64,000 nt of DNA from Laetmonice hystrix (Eukaryota), in NCBI GenBank assembly GCA_965235115.1, contig OZ249438.1, forward strand, positions 43,524,001 through 43,588,000. The letters are read 5' to 3'. Positions 48,391 to 62,227 of the stretch are shown here, piece after piece (positions within the stretch are counted from its first letter, which is position 1; the number at the start of each line of letters is the position of its first letter). Under the pieces are notes generated by a model that saw only the letters and a program-made list of their open reading frames with translations, was not told where the DNA came from and did no database searches. Made by a program: the position numbers and the translations under genes.

Positions 48391-49437
48391 TTAAGCCAAG
48401 ATTTGTATATTTCTTTCTGGTCCGCCGTATAATTTGCGTCTGCAGCAGAGCAGTAGTGTTGTTCCAAATCTACAGTGATTTGGAAAAACCTAATAAGTCG
48501 AGTTTTTGTCCAATTTGAGTTAGTCTCATTTTTGGACTTATTAGGTTTTGCCCTATCATATATAGTCCTATACAAGTGATCAGAACTCTACGCGATTCAT
48601 AGTTATTGACCTGGAAAACCCTAGCGTTTGCATGCACCTCAATGGGAGGAACGGTTCGTTTGTCCCAGTTTTCTCAAATGAGGCAAAGTGGACTTGCTAG
48701 GTTTTTACAGATCACTGTAGAAATGCGAATCAAAGCGTTCTAACAAGTCAGCAATTCCATTTGAGTTTTGTTCATATGTTTGCCCAATTTATTCCGGCTC
48801 CCAGATGTGTTGAAATTGCTGAATAATGAGGCAGAAAGGATGAGATTGCCCCAAGTAACGTATGCCGGAGGAGCATAGTTTTACTATTATGTAGTTTATC
48901 CGGTGTATATATAGTCGGTCTCCGAGGTAACCGACCGGGCCAATTAGATAAACGTTAGGATTCGTGTGACAGCAGTATACCACGTCATCTCCACCATTCC
49001 AAGAAATCCGGCGATGACATTTGTCAAGGGGAGAGGAAGGACTAAACGAGCGGCAGACCTCTTACAGTCGTTTACAGGGCAACTACCCCCTAGACATCCA
49101 CCCACTGGACATTAACCCCCGGACATCCACCCCCTGGACATTAACCCCCTGGGCATCCACCCCCTGGACATCTACCCCCGAGGAAAATCGCCCCTATGAC
49201 AACCCCAAGGACATTCCCCACCACCCCCAAAGAAAAAAAGAAAACAATCTACGTAGGTTTCGAGCTCCGCAAATGTCCTAGAACCCGTGCCTCCACATCG
49301 TACCCATCGATAGCATGCAGTTGTTGACTTTAACCAATCACCATACAGTCAACTTGTCGCTTTAACGGTATCTGTACCGTGTGACAGACAATGCCCCACC
49401 CCGCCCCACCCATGCTGTCCATGGAATAAACCCTTCA

Positions 49438-49820
49438 ACGGCCAATCACAGGAGCGGATAAGACTCACCGGCCAATCATAGGAACGTTCACAAACCCACC
49501 GGCCAATCATAGGAACGTTCACAAACCCACCGGCCAATCATAGGAACGTTCACAAACCCACCGGCCAATCATAGGAACGTTCACAAACCCACCGGCCAAT
49601 CATAGGAACGTTCACAAACCCACCGGCCAATCATAGGAACGTTCACAAACCCAGCGGCCAATCATATGAACGTTCACAAACCCAGCGGCCAATCATAGGA
49701 ACGTTCACAAACCCACCGGCCAATCATAGGAACGTTCACAAACCCAGCGGCCAATCATAGGAACGTTCACAAACCCACCGGCCAATCATAGGAACGTTCA
49801 CAAACCCACCGGCCAATCGT
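49438..49820. repeat. 31-bp minisatellite, ~12 copies
   Basis: Unit accggccaatcataggaacgttcacaaaccc. Confidence 0.93.
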
Positions 49821-49943
49821 GATAAAGTTTACAACCAACCTACCTTCATAGAAGTGAAAGAAAGCTGGAGGGAAAATTAGACTCTTAACGCGACGGAATG
49901 GATAAATGATGAATCGCCAATTTTAGGAAGAAAGTATCATTCC

Positions 49944-50760
49944 GGACTGTATGGGGATAGTTGTGTGATTGACTGTTGCCAAAGTATGTGTAGTATAGTA
50001 CTGAAGTGCTAGGACTGTATGGGGATAGTTGTGTGATTGACTGTTGCCAAAGTATGTGTAGTATAGTACTGAGGTGCTAGGACTGTATGGGGATAGTTGT
50101 GTGATTGACTGTTGCCAAAGTCGGTGTAGTATAGTATTGAGGTGCTAGGACTGTATGGGGATAGTTGTGTGATTGACTGTTGCCAAAGTATGTGTAGTAT
50201 AGTACTGAAGTGCTAGGACTGTATGGGGATAGTTGTGTGATTGACTGTTGCCAAAGTGTGTGTAGTATAGTATTGAGGTGCTAGGACTGTATGGGGATAG
50301 GTGTGTGATTGACTGTTGCCAAAGTATGTGTAGTATAGTATTGAGGTGCTAGGACTGTATGGGGATAGTTGTGTGATTGACTGTTGCCAAAGTATGTGTA
50401 GTATAGTATTGAGGTGCTAGGACTGTATGGGGATAGGTGTGTGATTGACTGTTGCCAAAGTATGTGTAGTCTAGTATTGAGGTGCTAGGACTGTATGGGG
50501 ATAGTTGTGTGATTGACTGTTGCCAAAGTATGTGTAGTATAGTACTGAGGTGCTAGGACTGTATGGGGATAGTTGTGTGATTGACTGTTGCCAAAGTATG
50601 TGTAGTCTAGTATTGAGGTGCTAGGACTGTATGGGGATAGTTGTGTGATTGAATGTTGCCAAAGTATGTGTAGTATAGTATTGAGGTGCTAGGACTGTAT
50701 GGGGATAGGTGTGTGATTGACTGTTGCCAAAGTATGTGTAGTATAGTACTGAGGTGCTAG
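49944..50760. repeat. 68-bp minisatellite, 12 copies
   Basis: Unit ggactgtatggggatagttgtgtgattgactgttgccaaagtatgtgtagtatagtactgaggtgcta. Confidence 0.95.
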
Positions 50761-51162
50761 CATTCAATTCCGACATGATTTAGCATTAAGGCAAGTCTAT
50801 TACATTTAGCTGTCTGTAATTTCGATATTCCACAGACTTTATCCGAAGAGAGGGAAAGACACACTAAGCTGAGAATGTTGCCCACTTGAAGGCTTACATC
50901 GAACTGCAGATCGTTCCGTCTGTTCCCGATGGTATTACCAAAGATAATGTGAAGAGAACTATTTGCTTATTTTATCTTCTTGCTGCGAAATTCACAGCTT
51001 CAGTTTAGCGAACGTATCATTTACTATGATGTTTTATAAGCATAAACTCCGAGGGCGATCTTATCTGGAGTGGAGTTTTGGCCAAAGCCATTTCCCCGAT
51101 ATTGGCTTGACCGATGGGACATCATGTCTGATGCCTCCCAGGGGTAACTAAAAAGATCATGT

Positions 51163-52060
51163 ACCTCCGAACTATGGTCCTGCCCCTCAGTGCTTGCAGT
51201 GACCTCCGAACTATGGTCCTGCCCCTCAGTGCTTGCAGTGACCTCCGAACTATGGTCCTGCCCCTCAGTGCTCGCAGTGACCTCCGAACTATGGTCCTGC
51301 CCCTCAGTGCTAGCAGTGACCTCCGAACTATGGTCCTGCCCCTCAGTGCTTGCAGTGACCTCCGAACTATGGTCCTGCCCCTCAGTGCTTGCAGTGACCT
51401 CCGAACTATGGTCCTGCCCCTCAGTGCTAGCAGTGACCTCCGAACTATGGTCCTGCCCCTCAGTGCTAGCAGTGACCTCCGAACTATGGTCCTGCCCCTC
51501 AGTGCTTGCAGTGACCTCCGAACTATGGTCCTGCCCCTCAGTGCTTGCAGTGACCTCTGAACTATGGTCCTGCCCCTCAGTGCTAGCAGTGACCTCCGAA
51601 CTATGGTCCTGCCCCTCAGTGCTAGCAGTGACCTCCGAACTATGGTCCTGCCCCTCAGTGCTTGCAGTGACCTCCGAACTATGGTCCTGCCCCTCAGTGC
51701 TCGCAGTGACCTCCGAACTATGGTCCTGCCCCTCAGTGCTTGCAGTGACCTCCGAACTATGGTCCTGCCCCTCAGTGCTTGCAGTGACCTCCGAACCATG
51801 GTCCTGCCCCTCAGTGCTTGCAGTGACCTCTGAACTATGGTCCTGCCCCTCAGTGCTTGCAGTGACCTCCGAACTATGGTCCTGCCCCTCAGTGCTCGCA
51901 GTGACCTCCGAACTATGGTCCTGCCCCTCAGTGCTCGCAGTGACCTCCGAACTATGGTCCTGCCCCTCAGTGCTCGCAGTGACCTCCGAACTATGGTCCT
52001 GCCCCTCAGTGCTCGCAGTGACCTCCGAACTATGGTCCTGCCCCTCAGTGCTCGCAGTGA
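51163..52060. repeat. 39-bp minisatellite, ~23 copies
   Basis: Unit gacctccgaactatggtcctgcccctcagtgct(t/c/a)gcagt; stop-free in several frames, hence 318-367 aa artefact ORFs. Confidence 0.95.
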
Positions 52061-52282
52061 TAGGGCCCAGGATGAATGGCCTGATTTCCACGCCAAATCT
52101 TTGCTCCCCAAATTCCAGAAGAAACATTGATCATTGCAAATTCTAAGATAAAAACCCGACTCATGGGATATTGTTTCTGTCTGATTAAGAAACAAGTTGT
52201 CTTCTGCCTGTGCAGCACCAACATACAGAAAAAGAAAATGCCAACTGCCAAAGATGTCGACTGTGTAGGTCAGCTGCCGATT

Positions 52283-52520
52283 ATGGAGGTCAGGTGCTGG
52301 CTGTGGAGGTCAGGTGTTGGCTGTGGAGGTCAGATACTGGCTGTGGAGGTCAGATACTGGCTGTGGAGGTCAGATACTGGCTGTGGAGGTCAGATACTGG
52401 CTGTGGAGGTCAGGTACTGGCTGTGGAGGTCAGATACTGGCTGTGGAGGTCAGATACTGGCTGTGGAGGTCAGATACTGGCTGTGGAGGTCAGATACTGG
52501 CTGTGGAGGTCAGATGCTGG
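52283..52520. repeat. 20-bp minisatellite, ~12 copies
   Basis: Unit ggctgtggaggtcagatact. Confidence 0.93.
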
Positions 52521-52526
52521 CTCGCC

Positions 52527-53060
52527 CTCACCCAATGTTAGACCAACCTCATCTCGCCCTGCTCACCCAACGTTTGTACATCATCGTGTCACCTGCTCAC
52601 CCAACGTTACACCAACTTCATCTCACCCTGCTCACCCAACGTTACACCAACCTCATCTCGCCCTGCTCACCCAACGTTACACCAACCTCATCTCACCCTG
52701 CTCACCCAACGTTACACCAACCTCGTGTTACCCTGCTCACCCAACGTTACACCAACCTCGTGTCACCCTGCTCACCCAACGTTACACCAACCTCGTGTCA
52801 CCCTGCTCACCCAACGTTACACTAACCTCATCTCACCCTGCTCACCCAACGTTACACCAACCTCATCTCACCCTGCTCACCCAACGTTACACCAACCTCA
52901 TCTCACCCTGCTCACCCAACGTTACACCAACCTCGTGTCACCCTGCTCACCCAACGTTACACCAACCTCGTGTCACCCTGCTCACCCAACGTTACACCAA
53001 CCTCGTGTCACCCTGCTCACCCAACGTTACACCAACCTCATCTCCCCCTGCTCACCCATC
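52527..53060. repeat. 35-bp minisatellite, ~15 copies
   Basis: Unit ccctgctcacccaacgttacaccaacctc(atc/gtg)tca. Confidence 0.93.
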
Positions 53061-53321
53061 ATCGTGTGACCGCCTGGAATGCCACAAAACTCGGCCTGGC
53101 GAAGATTCACTGTGGGACCGCCACGGCTCTGGGTCTCACACAAACCAGGACATAACCCCCACCCTCACCCCATACCCTCGTCACTCTAAACCGCCACCCA
53201 CCCCCGCGTCACCGTCCTTCAGGGGGTCAGTACAGGAGGAGATTTGTGGAACGTGGAGGAACTTTGTTATTGGACTGGGAGAGAGTTGGCAATCTCCTAA
53301 CTCATATTGGTTGATTAGGAT

Positions 53322-55865
53322 GTGAGCGGGGCTGGGTGGTGTATAGGCTCCATGTCTGTGTCCTTGAGGGCGGGATGTGAGCGGTGCTGGGTGGTGTATA
53401 GGCTCCATGTCTGTGTCCTCGAGGGCAGGATGTGAGCGGTGCTGGGTGGTGTATCTAGGCTCCATGTCTGTGTCCTTGAGGGCGGGATGTGACCGGTGCT
53501 GGGTGGTGCATAGGCTCCATGTCTGTGTCCTTGAGGGCGGGATGTAACCGGTGCTGGGTGGTGTATAGGCTCCATGGCTGTGTCCTTGAGGGCGGGATGT
53601 GACCGGTGCTGGGTGGTGTATAGGCTCCATGTCTGTGTCCTTGAGGGCGGGGATGTGAGCGGTGCTGGGTGGTGTATAGGCTCCATGTCTGTGTCCTTGA
53701 GGGCGGGATGTGAGCGGTGCTGGGTGGTGTATAGGCTCCATGTCTGTGTCCTTGAGGGCGGGATGTGAGCGGTGCTGGGTGGTGTATAGGCTCCATGTCT
53801 GTGTCCTTGAGGGCGGGATGTGAGCGGTGCTGGGTGGTGTATAGGCTCCATGTCTGTGTCCTTGAGGGCGGGATGTGAGCGGTGCTGGGTGGTGTATAGG
53901 CTCCATGTCTGTGTCCTTGAGGGCGAGATGTGAGCGGTGCTGGGTGGTGTATAGGGTCCATGTCTGTGTTCTTGAGGGCGGGATGTGAGCGGTGCTGGAT
54001 GGTGTATAGGCTCCATGACTGTGTCCTTGAGGGCGGGGATGTGAGCGGTGGTGGGTGGTGTATAGGCTCCATGTCTGTGTCCTTGAGGGCGGGATGTGAG
54101 CGGTGCTGGGTGGTGTATAGGGTCCATGTCTGTGTCCTTGAGGGCGGGATGTGAGCGGTGCTGGGTGGTGTATAGGCTCCATGTCTGTGTCCTTGAGGGC
54201 GGGATGTGAGCGGTGCTGGGTGGTGTATAGGCTCCATGTCTGTGTCCTTGAGGGCGGGATGTGAGCGGTGCTGGGTGGTGTATAGGCTCCATGTCTGTGT
54301 CCTTGAGGGCGGGATGTGAGCGGTGCTGGGTGGTGTATAGGCTCCATGTCTGTGTCCTTGAGGGCGGGATGTGAGCGGTGCTGGGTGGTGTATAGGCTCC
54401 ATGTCTGTGTCCTTGAGGGCGGGATGTGAGCGGTGCTGGGTGGTGTATAGGCTCTATGTCTGTGTCCTTGAGGGCGGGATGTGAGCGGTGCTGGGTGTTG
54501 TATAGGCTCCATGTCTGTGTCCTTGAGGGCGGGATGTGAGCGGGGCTGGGTGGTGTACAGGCTCCATGTCTGTGTCCTTGAGGGCGGGATGTGAGCGGTG
54601 CTGGGTGGTGTATAGGCTCTATGTCTGTGTCCTTGAGGGCGGGATGTGAGCGGTGCTGGGTGGTGTATAGGCTCCATGTCTGTGTCCTTGAGGGCGGGAT
54701 GTGAGCGGTGCTGGGTGGTGTATAGGCTCCATGTCTGTGTCCTTGAGGGCGGGATGTGACCGGTGCTGGGTGGTGTATAGGCTCCATGTCCGTGTCCTTG
54801 AGGGCGGGATGTGAGCGGTGCTGGGTGGTGTATAGGCTCCATGTCTGTGTCCTTGAGGGCGGGATGTGAGCGGTGCTGGGTGGTGTATAGGCTCCATGTC
54901 TGTGTCCTTGAGGGTGGGGATGTGAGCGGTGCTGGGTGATGTATAGGCTCCATGTCTGTGTCCTTGAGGGCGGGATGTGAGCGGTGCTGGGTGGTGTATA
55001 GGCTCCATGTCTGTGTCCTTGAGGGTGGGATGTGAGCGGTGCTGGGTGGTGTATAGGCTCCATGTCTGTGTCCTTGAGGGCGGGATGTGAGCGGTGCTGG
55101 GTGGTGTATAGGCTCCATGTCTGTGTCCTTGAGGGCGGGATGTGAGCGGTGCTGGGTGGTGTATAGGCTCCATGTCTGTGTCCTTGAGGGCGGGATGTGA
55201 GCGGTGCTGGGTGGTGTATAGGCTCCATGTCTGTGTCCTTGAGGGCGGGGTGGAGCGGGTGCTGGGTGGTGTATAGGCTCCATGTCTGTGTCCTTGAGGG
55301 CGGGATGTGAGCGGTGCTGGGTGGTGTATAGGCTCCATGTCTGTGTCCTTGAGGGTGGGATGTGAGCGGTGCTGGGTGGTGTATAGGCTCCATGTCTGTG
55401 TCCTTGAGGGCGGGGATGTGAGCGGTGCTGGGTGGTGTATAGGCTCCATGTCTGTGTCCTTGAGGGCGGGATGTGAGCGGTGCTGGGTGGTGTATAGGCT
55501 CCATGTCTGTGTCCTTGAGGGCGGGATGTGAGCGGTGCTGGGTGGTGTATAGGCTCGATGTCTGTGTCCTTGAGGGCGGGATGTGAGCGGTGCTGGGTGG
55601 TGTATAGGCTCCATGTCTGTGTCCTTGAGGGCGGGATGTGAGCGGTGCTGGGTGGTGTATAGGCTCCATGTCTGTGTCCTTGAGGGCGGGATGTGAGCGG
55701 TGCTGGGTGGTGTATAGGCTCCATGTCTGTGTCCTTGAGGGTGGGATGTGAGCGGTGCTGGGTGGTGTATAGGCTCCATGTCTGTGTCCTTGAGGGTGGG
55801 GATGTGAGCGGTGCTGTGTGGTGTATAGGCTCTATGTCTGTGTCCTTGAGGGCGGGGTGGAGCGG
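53322..55865. repeat. 55-bp G-rich minisatellite, ~46 copies
   Basis: Unit gggtggtgtataggctccatgtctgtgtccttgagggcgggatgtgagcggtgct; source of the 922/784 aa minus-strand ORFs. Confidence 0.96.
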
Positions 55866-56704
55866 GTGGGGCGGGGTGAGGCGGGGTGGAGGTGATGCTA
55901 GGGTGGGGAGAGGTGCTCGCTGCATCCTTGTCCTGAGGTATGTTCTCACGGTCGTTTTAGTGCAGGTATTTCGCTTCCCCTGCAGTTTTTACGGTGAAAC
56001 TCTTCGCTTGTAACAGAAAGGCACGTCTTTTTTTATAAGGGAGCAAACATGGAGTGTAAGAAACGAGCGATAAGTCAGATAGGGCCTTTATTTCACCCAA
56101 AATTGTCCGAAGATATTAGAATTTCAGTAATATTTGAATTAAAGTGTCGCACGACGCATGGTGTCTGTTACGATTCTTTTCTATTTGTTATATTTTCGAC
56201 TTCTGGTACTCTAGGTAAATATCTTTCTTCCACTATAGGCCAGCTTTATAAGCCTGTTATGACTTGACCATGGTATGACGTAATTGATCAGTGTAAGGTT
56301 CCACAACCTCAGGATCTCGTTATGTGCAGGTAGTGAGTGTCTGGACTGGTGAAACCCATTACCTTCAATCCTTGGTCGGTTTATCACATTGCTGGCATTC
56401 ATTTACAACCCTTCGGAGGTTTGAGCATATTAAAAAAACACCCAAAAAAACGAAAAAAAGGACATGTTATTAATGTAGGCATCAATTTATATTGATTAAT
56501 TCATTGTTTATATTTTACATTGACTAATTCATTATTTATATTCATGATTAAACATTGTGTTAAAATTAAAAGACCAATGGACAGCGATGACGAGAGAGAG
56601 AGCTGAGAGTGTTGTGAAAAATGGTGGTTAGGATTTTAGTAAAGCGAGAAGATATCGTGGATTATCCTAATGACTGTGATTGTGCCATGATTCTGGGTGT
56701 GGGC

Positions 56705-57800
56705 AGTCTTTATAAATTAGCCACACTGACAGTATATGTGAATGTGGCAGTCTTTATAAATCAGCCACACTGACAATATATGTGAAACTGGTAGTCTTTA
56801 TAATTCAGCCACACTGACAGTATATGTGAATGTGGCAGTCTTTATAAATCAGCCACACTGACAGTATATGTGAATGTAGCAGTCTTTATAAATCAGCCAC
56901 ACTGACAGTATATGTGAATGTAGCAGTCTTTATAAATCAGCCACACTGACAATATATGTGAAACTGGTAGTCTTTATAAATCAGCCACACTGACAGTATA
57001 TGTGAATGTGGCAGTCTTTATAAATCAGCCACACTGACAATATATGTGAAACTGGTAGTCTTTATAAATCAGCCACACTGACAGTATATGTGAATGTGGA
57101 AGTCTTTATAAATCAGCCACACTGACAGTATATGTGAATGTGGCAGTCTTTATAAATCAGCCACACTGACAGTATAATATGTGAATGTGGCAGTCTTTAT
57201 AAATCAGCCACATTGACAGTATATGTGAATGTGGCAGTCTTTATAAATCAGCCACACTGACAGTATATGTGAATGTGGCAGTCTTTATAAATCAGCCACA
57301 CTGACAGTATATGTGAATGTGGCAGTCTTTATAAATCAGCCACACTGACAGTATATGTGAATGTGGAACTCTTTATAAATCAGCCACACTGACAGTATAA
57401 TATGTGACTGTGGCAGTCTTTATAAATCAGCCACACTGACAGTATATGTGAATGTGGCAGTCTTTATAAATCAGCCACACTGACAGTATATGTGAATGTG
57501 GCAGGCTTTATAAATCAGCCACACTGACAATATATGTGAAACTGGTAGTCTTTATAAATCAGCCACACTGACAGTATATGTGAATGTGGAACTCTTTATA
57601 AATCAGCCACACTGACAGTATAATATGTGACTGTGGCAGTCTTTATAAATCAGCCACACTGACAGTATATGTGAATGTGGCAGTCTTTATAAATCAGCCA
57701 CACTGACAGTATATGTGAATGTGGCAGTCTTTATAAATTAGCCACACTGACAGTATATGTGAATGTAGCAGTCTTTATAAATCAGCCACACTGACAGTAT
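56705..57800. repeat. 44-bp minisatellite, ~25 copies
   Basis: Unit gtatatgtgaatgtggcagtctttataaatcagccacactgaca, with a recurring aactggt variant. Confidence 0.95.
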
Positions 57801-57814
57801 TATGTGCAAGTTAC

Positions 57815-59055
57815 AGATGAGTTTGTAGGTGTGATTCCATCTCTGTGTCTGACACAGCCGCCGGTATACAGAGGATTGAGTTTGTAGGTGTGATTCCACC
57901 TCTGTGGCTGACACAGCCGCCGGTATACAGAGGATTGAGTTTGTAGGTGTGATTCCATCTCTGTGTCTGACACAGCCGCCGGTATACAGAGGATTAAGTT
58001 TGTAGGTGTGATTCCACCTCTGTGGCTGACACAGCCGCCGGTATACAGAGGATTGAGTTTGTAGGTGTGATTCCACCTCCGTGGCTGACACAGCCGCCGG
58101 TATACAGAGGATTGAGTTTGTAGGTGTGATTCCACCTCCGTGGCTGACACAGCCGCCGGTATACAGAGGATTGAGTTTGTAGGTGTGATTCCACCTCTGT
58201 GGCTGACACAGCCGCCGGTATACAGAGGATTGAGTTTGTAGGTGTGATTCCACCTCTGTGGCTGACACAGCCGCCGGTATACAGAGGATTGAGTTTGTAG
58301 GTGTGATTCCACCTCTGTGGCTGACACAGCCGCCGGTATACAGAGGATTGAGTTTGTAGGTGTGATTCCATCTCTGTGTCTGACACAGCCGCCGGTATAC
58401 AGAGGATTAAGTTTGTAGGTGTGATTCCACCTCTGTGTCTGACACAGCCGCCGGTATACAGAGGATTGAGTTTGTAGGTGTGATTCCACCTCCGTGGCTG
58501 ACACAGCCGCCGGTATACAGAGGATTGAGTTTGTAGGTGTGATTCCACCTCCGTGGCTGACACAGCCGCCGGTATACAGAGGATTGAGTTTGTAGGTGTG
58601 ATTCCATCTCTGTGTCTGACACAGCCGCCGGTATACAGAGGATTGAGTTTGTAGGTGTGATTCCAGCTCTGTGGCTGACACAGCCGCCGGTATACAGAGG
58701 ATTGAGTTTGTAGGTGTGATTCCAGCTCTGTGTCTGACACAGCCGCCGGTATACAGAGGATTGAGTTTGTAGGTGTGATTCCAGCTCTGTGTCTGACACA
58801 GCCGCCGGTATACAGAGGATTGAGTTTGTAGGTGTGATTCCAGCTCTGTGGCTGACACAGCCGCCGGTATACAGAGGATTGAGTTCGTAGACTGTGTGAT
58901 TCCACCTCTGTGTCTGATACAGCCACCGGTATACCGAGGATTGAGTTTGTAGGTGTGATTCCACCTCTGTGTCTGACACAGCCGCCGGTATACAGAGGAT
59001 TGAGTTCGTAGACTGTGTGATTCCACCTCTGTGTCTGATACAGCCACCGGTATAC
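57815..59055. repeat. 59-bp minisatellite, ~21 copies
   Basis: Unit gagtttgtaggtgtgattccacctctgtg(g/t)ctgacacagccgccggtatacagaggatt. Confidence 0.95.
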
Positions 59056-59311
59056 ACAGCGATTATAGAATGATCACCTCATAATGTCGGGCGAAGATAA
59101 TGGTCAGATATGATTGCCTTCAGTCCTGATTAAATTAGTTCCCAATGAGATGATAAATATGTCAGATCATGTCCTCCCCTTGGGCCCAGCTGGTTTATAT
59201 CTGCCATTGCTGGAGCTATTCATCAACTAGTAGGCAAAGATAAGGGCAATTAATGAAAGGAAGGTGCTGCGATCCATTTCTCCTTGGTACAATTACAGCA
59301 GGATATTGTAC

Positions 59312-59965
59312 GTGTGGGATCGTTGGGTATGAGTGTGGGATCGTTGGGTATGAGTGTGGGATCGTTGGTATGAGTGTGGGATCGTTGGGTATGAGTGTGG
59401 GATCGTTCGGTAAGGGTGTGGGATCGTTGGGTATAAGTGTGGGATCGTTGGGTAAGGGTGTGGGATCGTTGGGTAAGGGTGTGGGATCGTTGGGTATGAG
59501 TGTGGGATCGTTAGGTATGAGTGTGGGATCGTTGGGTATGAGTGTGGGATCGTTCGGTAAGGGTGTGGGATCGTTGGGTATAAGTGTGGGATCGTTGGGT
59601 AAGGGTGTGGGATCGTTGGGTAAGGGTGTGGGATGGTTGGGTATGAGTGTGGGATCGTTGGGTATGAGTGTGGGATCGTTGGTATGAGTGTGGGATCTTT
59701 GGGTATGAGTGTGGGATCGTTGGGTATGAGTGTGGGATCGTTGGTATGAGTGTGGGATCGTTGGGTATGAGTGTGGGATCGTTGGGTATGAGTGTGGGAT
59801 CGTTGGGTATATGGGTGTGGGATCGTTGGGTATGTGGGTGTGGGATCGTTGGGTATGAGTGTGGGATCGTTGGGTATGAGTGTGGGATCGTTGGGTATGA
59901 CTGTGGGATCGTTGGGTATGAGTGTGGGATCGTTGGGTATGACTGTGGGATCGTTGGGTATGGGT
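59312..59965. repeat. 21-bp minisatellite, ~31 copies
   Basis: Unit gtgggatcgttgggtatgagt. Confidence 0.95.
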
Positions 59966-60342
59966 GTATGAGTTCAAATAAGTACTATTTCCGGTTTTCG
60001 AAATTCCTTTTTAGAGGAGCAACTGGAAACAATTGTGACATTTATCATTAGAGGTTATCCGCTGGTACCGTTCAGGTATACGTCAATTGTTTGATCACAA
60101 GTTTCATTGGAGTATAATAATGTATATAATTAGAGGGATGTAAGAATATTGTTAATCGTAGACCCAATAACTCATGTAAGGGATGGGCGACCATACTGTC
60201 ACAACAATCTACGATTACCACTTACAACCGAGGATACAGCAGTATGGTAGGCCTAATGTATTCACAAGATGAACAATTATCGTGAGTCTTAACGCCAACC
60301 TTTATCATAACTCACTGTCCAGGTCCTCAGACCTCTACAACA

Positions 60343-60445
60343 CCTTATCCCTAACCCTATCCCTAACCCTATCCCTAACCCTATCCTTATCCCTAACCTT
60401 ATCCCTAACCCTAACTCTATCGCTATCCCTAACCCTATCCCTACC
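60343..60445. repeat. Telomere-like CCCTAA/CCCTAT hexamer tract
   Basis: ccttatccctaaccctatccctaaccctat..., about 17 hexamers. Confidence 0.85.
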
Positions 60446-60981
60446 GTGAATTTCGTGGGAATGTACCATGGTGGAGGACCCATATAAAGGATGCACGACC
60501 ATATTGTCGCAGCTCTCTGAGCAGGACTTCCGGTATGAACTAACTCTACAAACCTACTGTTTATTTTATTAATGGAGTTTCTCAGTTTGAGGCTCACGAA
60601 CCTTTGATGTCGGGTTTTATTGTCTCGTGATCCATCACTGGGACAAGATAGCCCGCCCAAGGTCACGCAATCACAGCCCAAGGTCACGCAATCACAGCCA
60701 CCGCTGGAGGCTGGTGCCCGGATATCATGGGGTTTTACAAGTTGACGGGTGCTAGAGTTTTACGGTGGTTTCGGTAGCCATCAATGGACTGGTTTCCTGG
60801 AGGAGAATCCACATCTGGTTTAGGGATGCAATGATCAGTATAGAGAAAATGCTATCATATGTTTAGAAAATAAGAGAAAGTTGAGCAATAAGTTTATAGA
60901 ACCTTTGTTAACTCCAGGGACTTGTTATAAATATGACAACGTCAAGGTAATATATAGAACCCAAGGTTAGATTGTGTACCG

Positions 60982-62227
60982 ATGAACTGATCAAGTGTAG
61001 AGCTTTGATTAGCCTCCATACAGCGCCATGAACCGATCAAGTGTAGAGCTTTGATTAGCCTCCATACAGCGCCATGAACTGATCAAGTGTAGAGCTTTGA
61101 TTAGCCTCCATACAGCGCCATGAACTGATCAAGTGTAGAGCTTTGATTAGCCTCCATACAGCGCCATGAACTGATCAAGTGTAGAGCTTTGATTAGCCTC
61201 CATACAGCGCCATGAACTGATCAAGTGTAGAGCTTTGATTAGCCTCCATACAGCGCCATGAACTGATCAAGTGTAGAGCTTTGATTAGCCTCCATACAGC
61301 GCCATGGAGTGATCAAGTGTAGAGCTTTGATTAGCCACCATACAGCGCCATGGAGTGATCAAGTGTAGAGCTTTGATTAGCCTCCATACAGCGCCATGAA
61401 CTGATCAAGTGTAGAGCTTTGATTAGCCTCCATACAGCGCCATGAACTGATCAAGTGTAGAGCTTTGATTAGCCTCCATACAGCGCCATGAACTGATCAA
61501 GTGTAGAGCTTTGATTAGCCTCCATACAGCGCCATAAACTGATCAAGTGTAGAGCTTTGATTAGCCTCCATACAGCGCCATGAACTGATCAAGTGTAGAG
61601 CTTTGAACAGCCTCCATACAACGCCATGAACTGATCAAGTGTAGAGCTTTGATTAGCCTCCATACAGCGCCATGAACTGATCAAGTGTAGAGCTTTGATT
61701 AGCCTCCATACAGCGCCATGAACTGATCAAGTGTAGAGCTTTGATTAGCCTCCATACAGCGCCATGAACTGATCAAGTGTAGAGCTTTGATTAGCCTCCA
61801 TACAGCGCCATGAACTGATCAAGTGTAGAGCTTTGATTAGCCTCCATACAGCGCCATGAACTGATCAAGTGTAGAGCTTTGATTAGCCTCCATACAGCGC
61901 CATGAACTGATCAAGTGTAGAGCTATGATTAGCCTCCATACAGCGCCATGAACTGATCAAGTGTAGAGCTATGATTAGCCTCCATACAGCGCCATGAACT
62001 GATCAAGTGTAGAGCTTTGATTAGCCTCCATACAGCGCCATGAACTGATCAAGTGTAGAGCTTTGATCAGCCTCCATACAGAGCCATGAACTGATCAAGT
62101 GTAGAGCTTTGATTAGCCTCCATACAGCGCCATGAACTGATCAAGTGTAGAGCTTTGATTAGCCTCCATACAGCGCCATGAACTGATCAAGTGTAGAGCT
62201 TTGATCAGCCTCCATACAGCGCCATGG
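60982..62227. repeat. 46-bp minisatellite, ~27 copies
   Basis: Unit gccatgaactgatcaagtgtagagctttgattagcctccatacagc. Confidence 0.95.

Noticed and set aside
51024-52195. 318-367 aa repetitive ORFs (e.g. EVTASTEGQDHSS)
   Set aside because: The 39-bp unit lacks stops in several frames on both strands; flanks give no coding signal.
53181-55949. 922, 784 and 386 aa His/Pro/Thr-rich ORFs
   Set aside because: Translations of a 55-bp non-triplet repeat cycling through frames; open in several frames at once; no non-repeat domain or splice context.
60343-60445. True telomere or healed chromosome end
   Set aside because: Only ~100 bp, mixed CCCTAA/CCCTAT/CCTTAT, with unique sequence on both sides.
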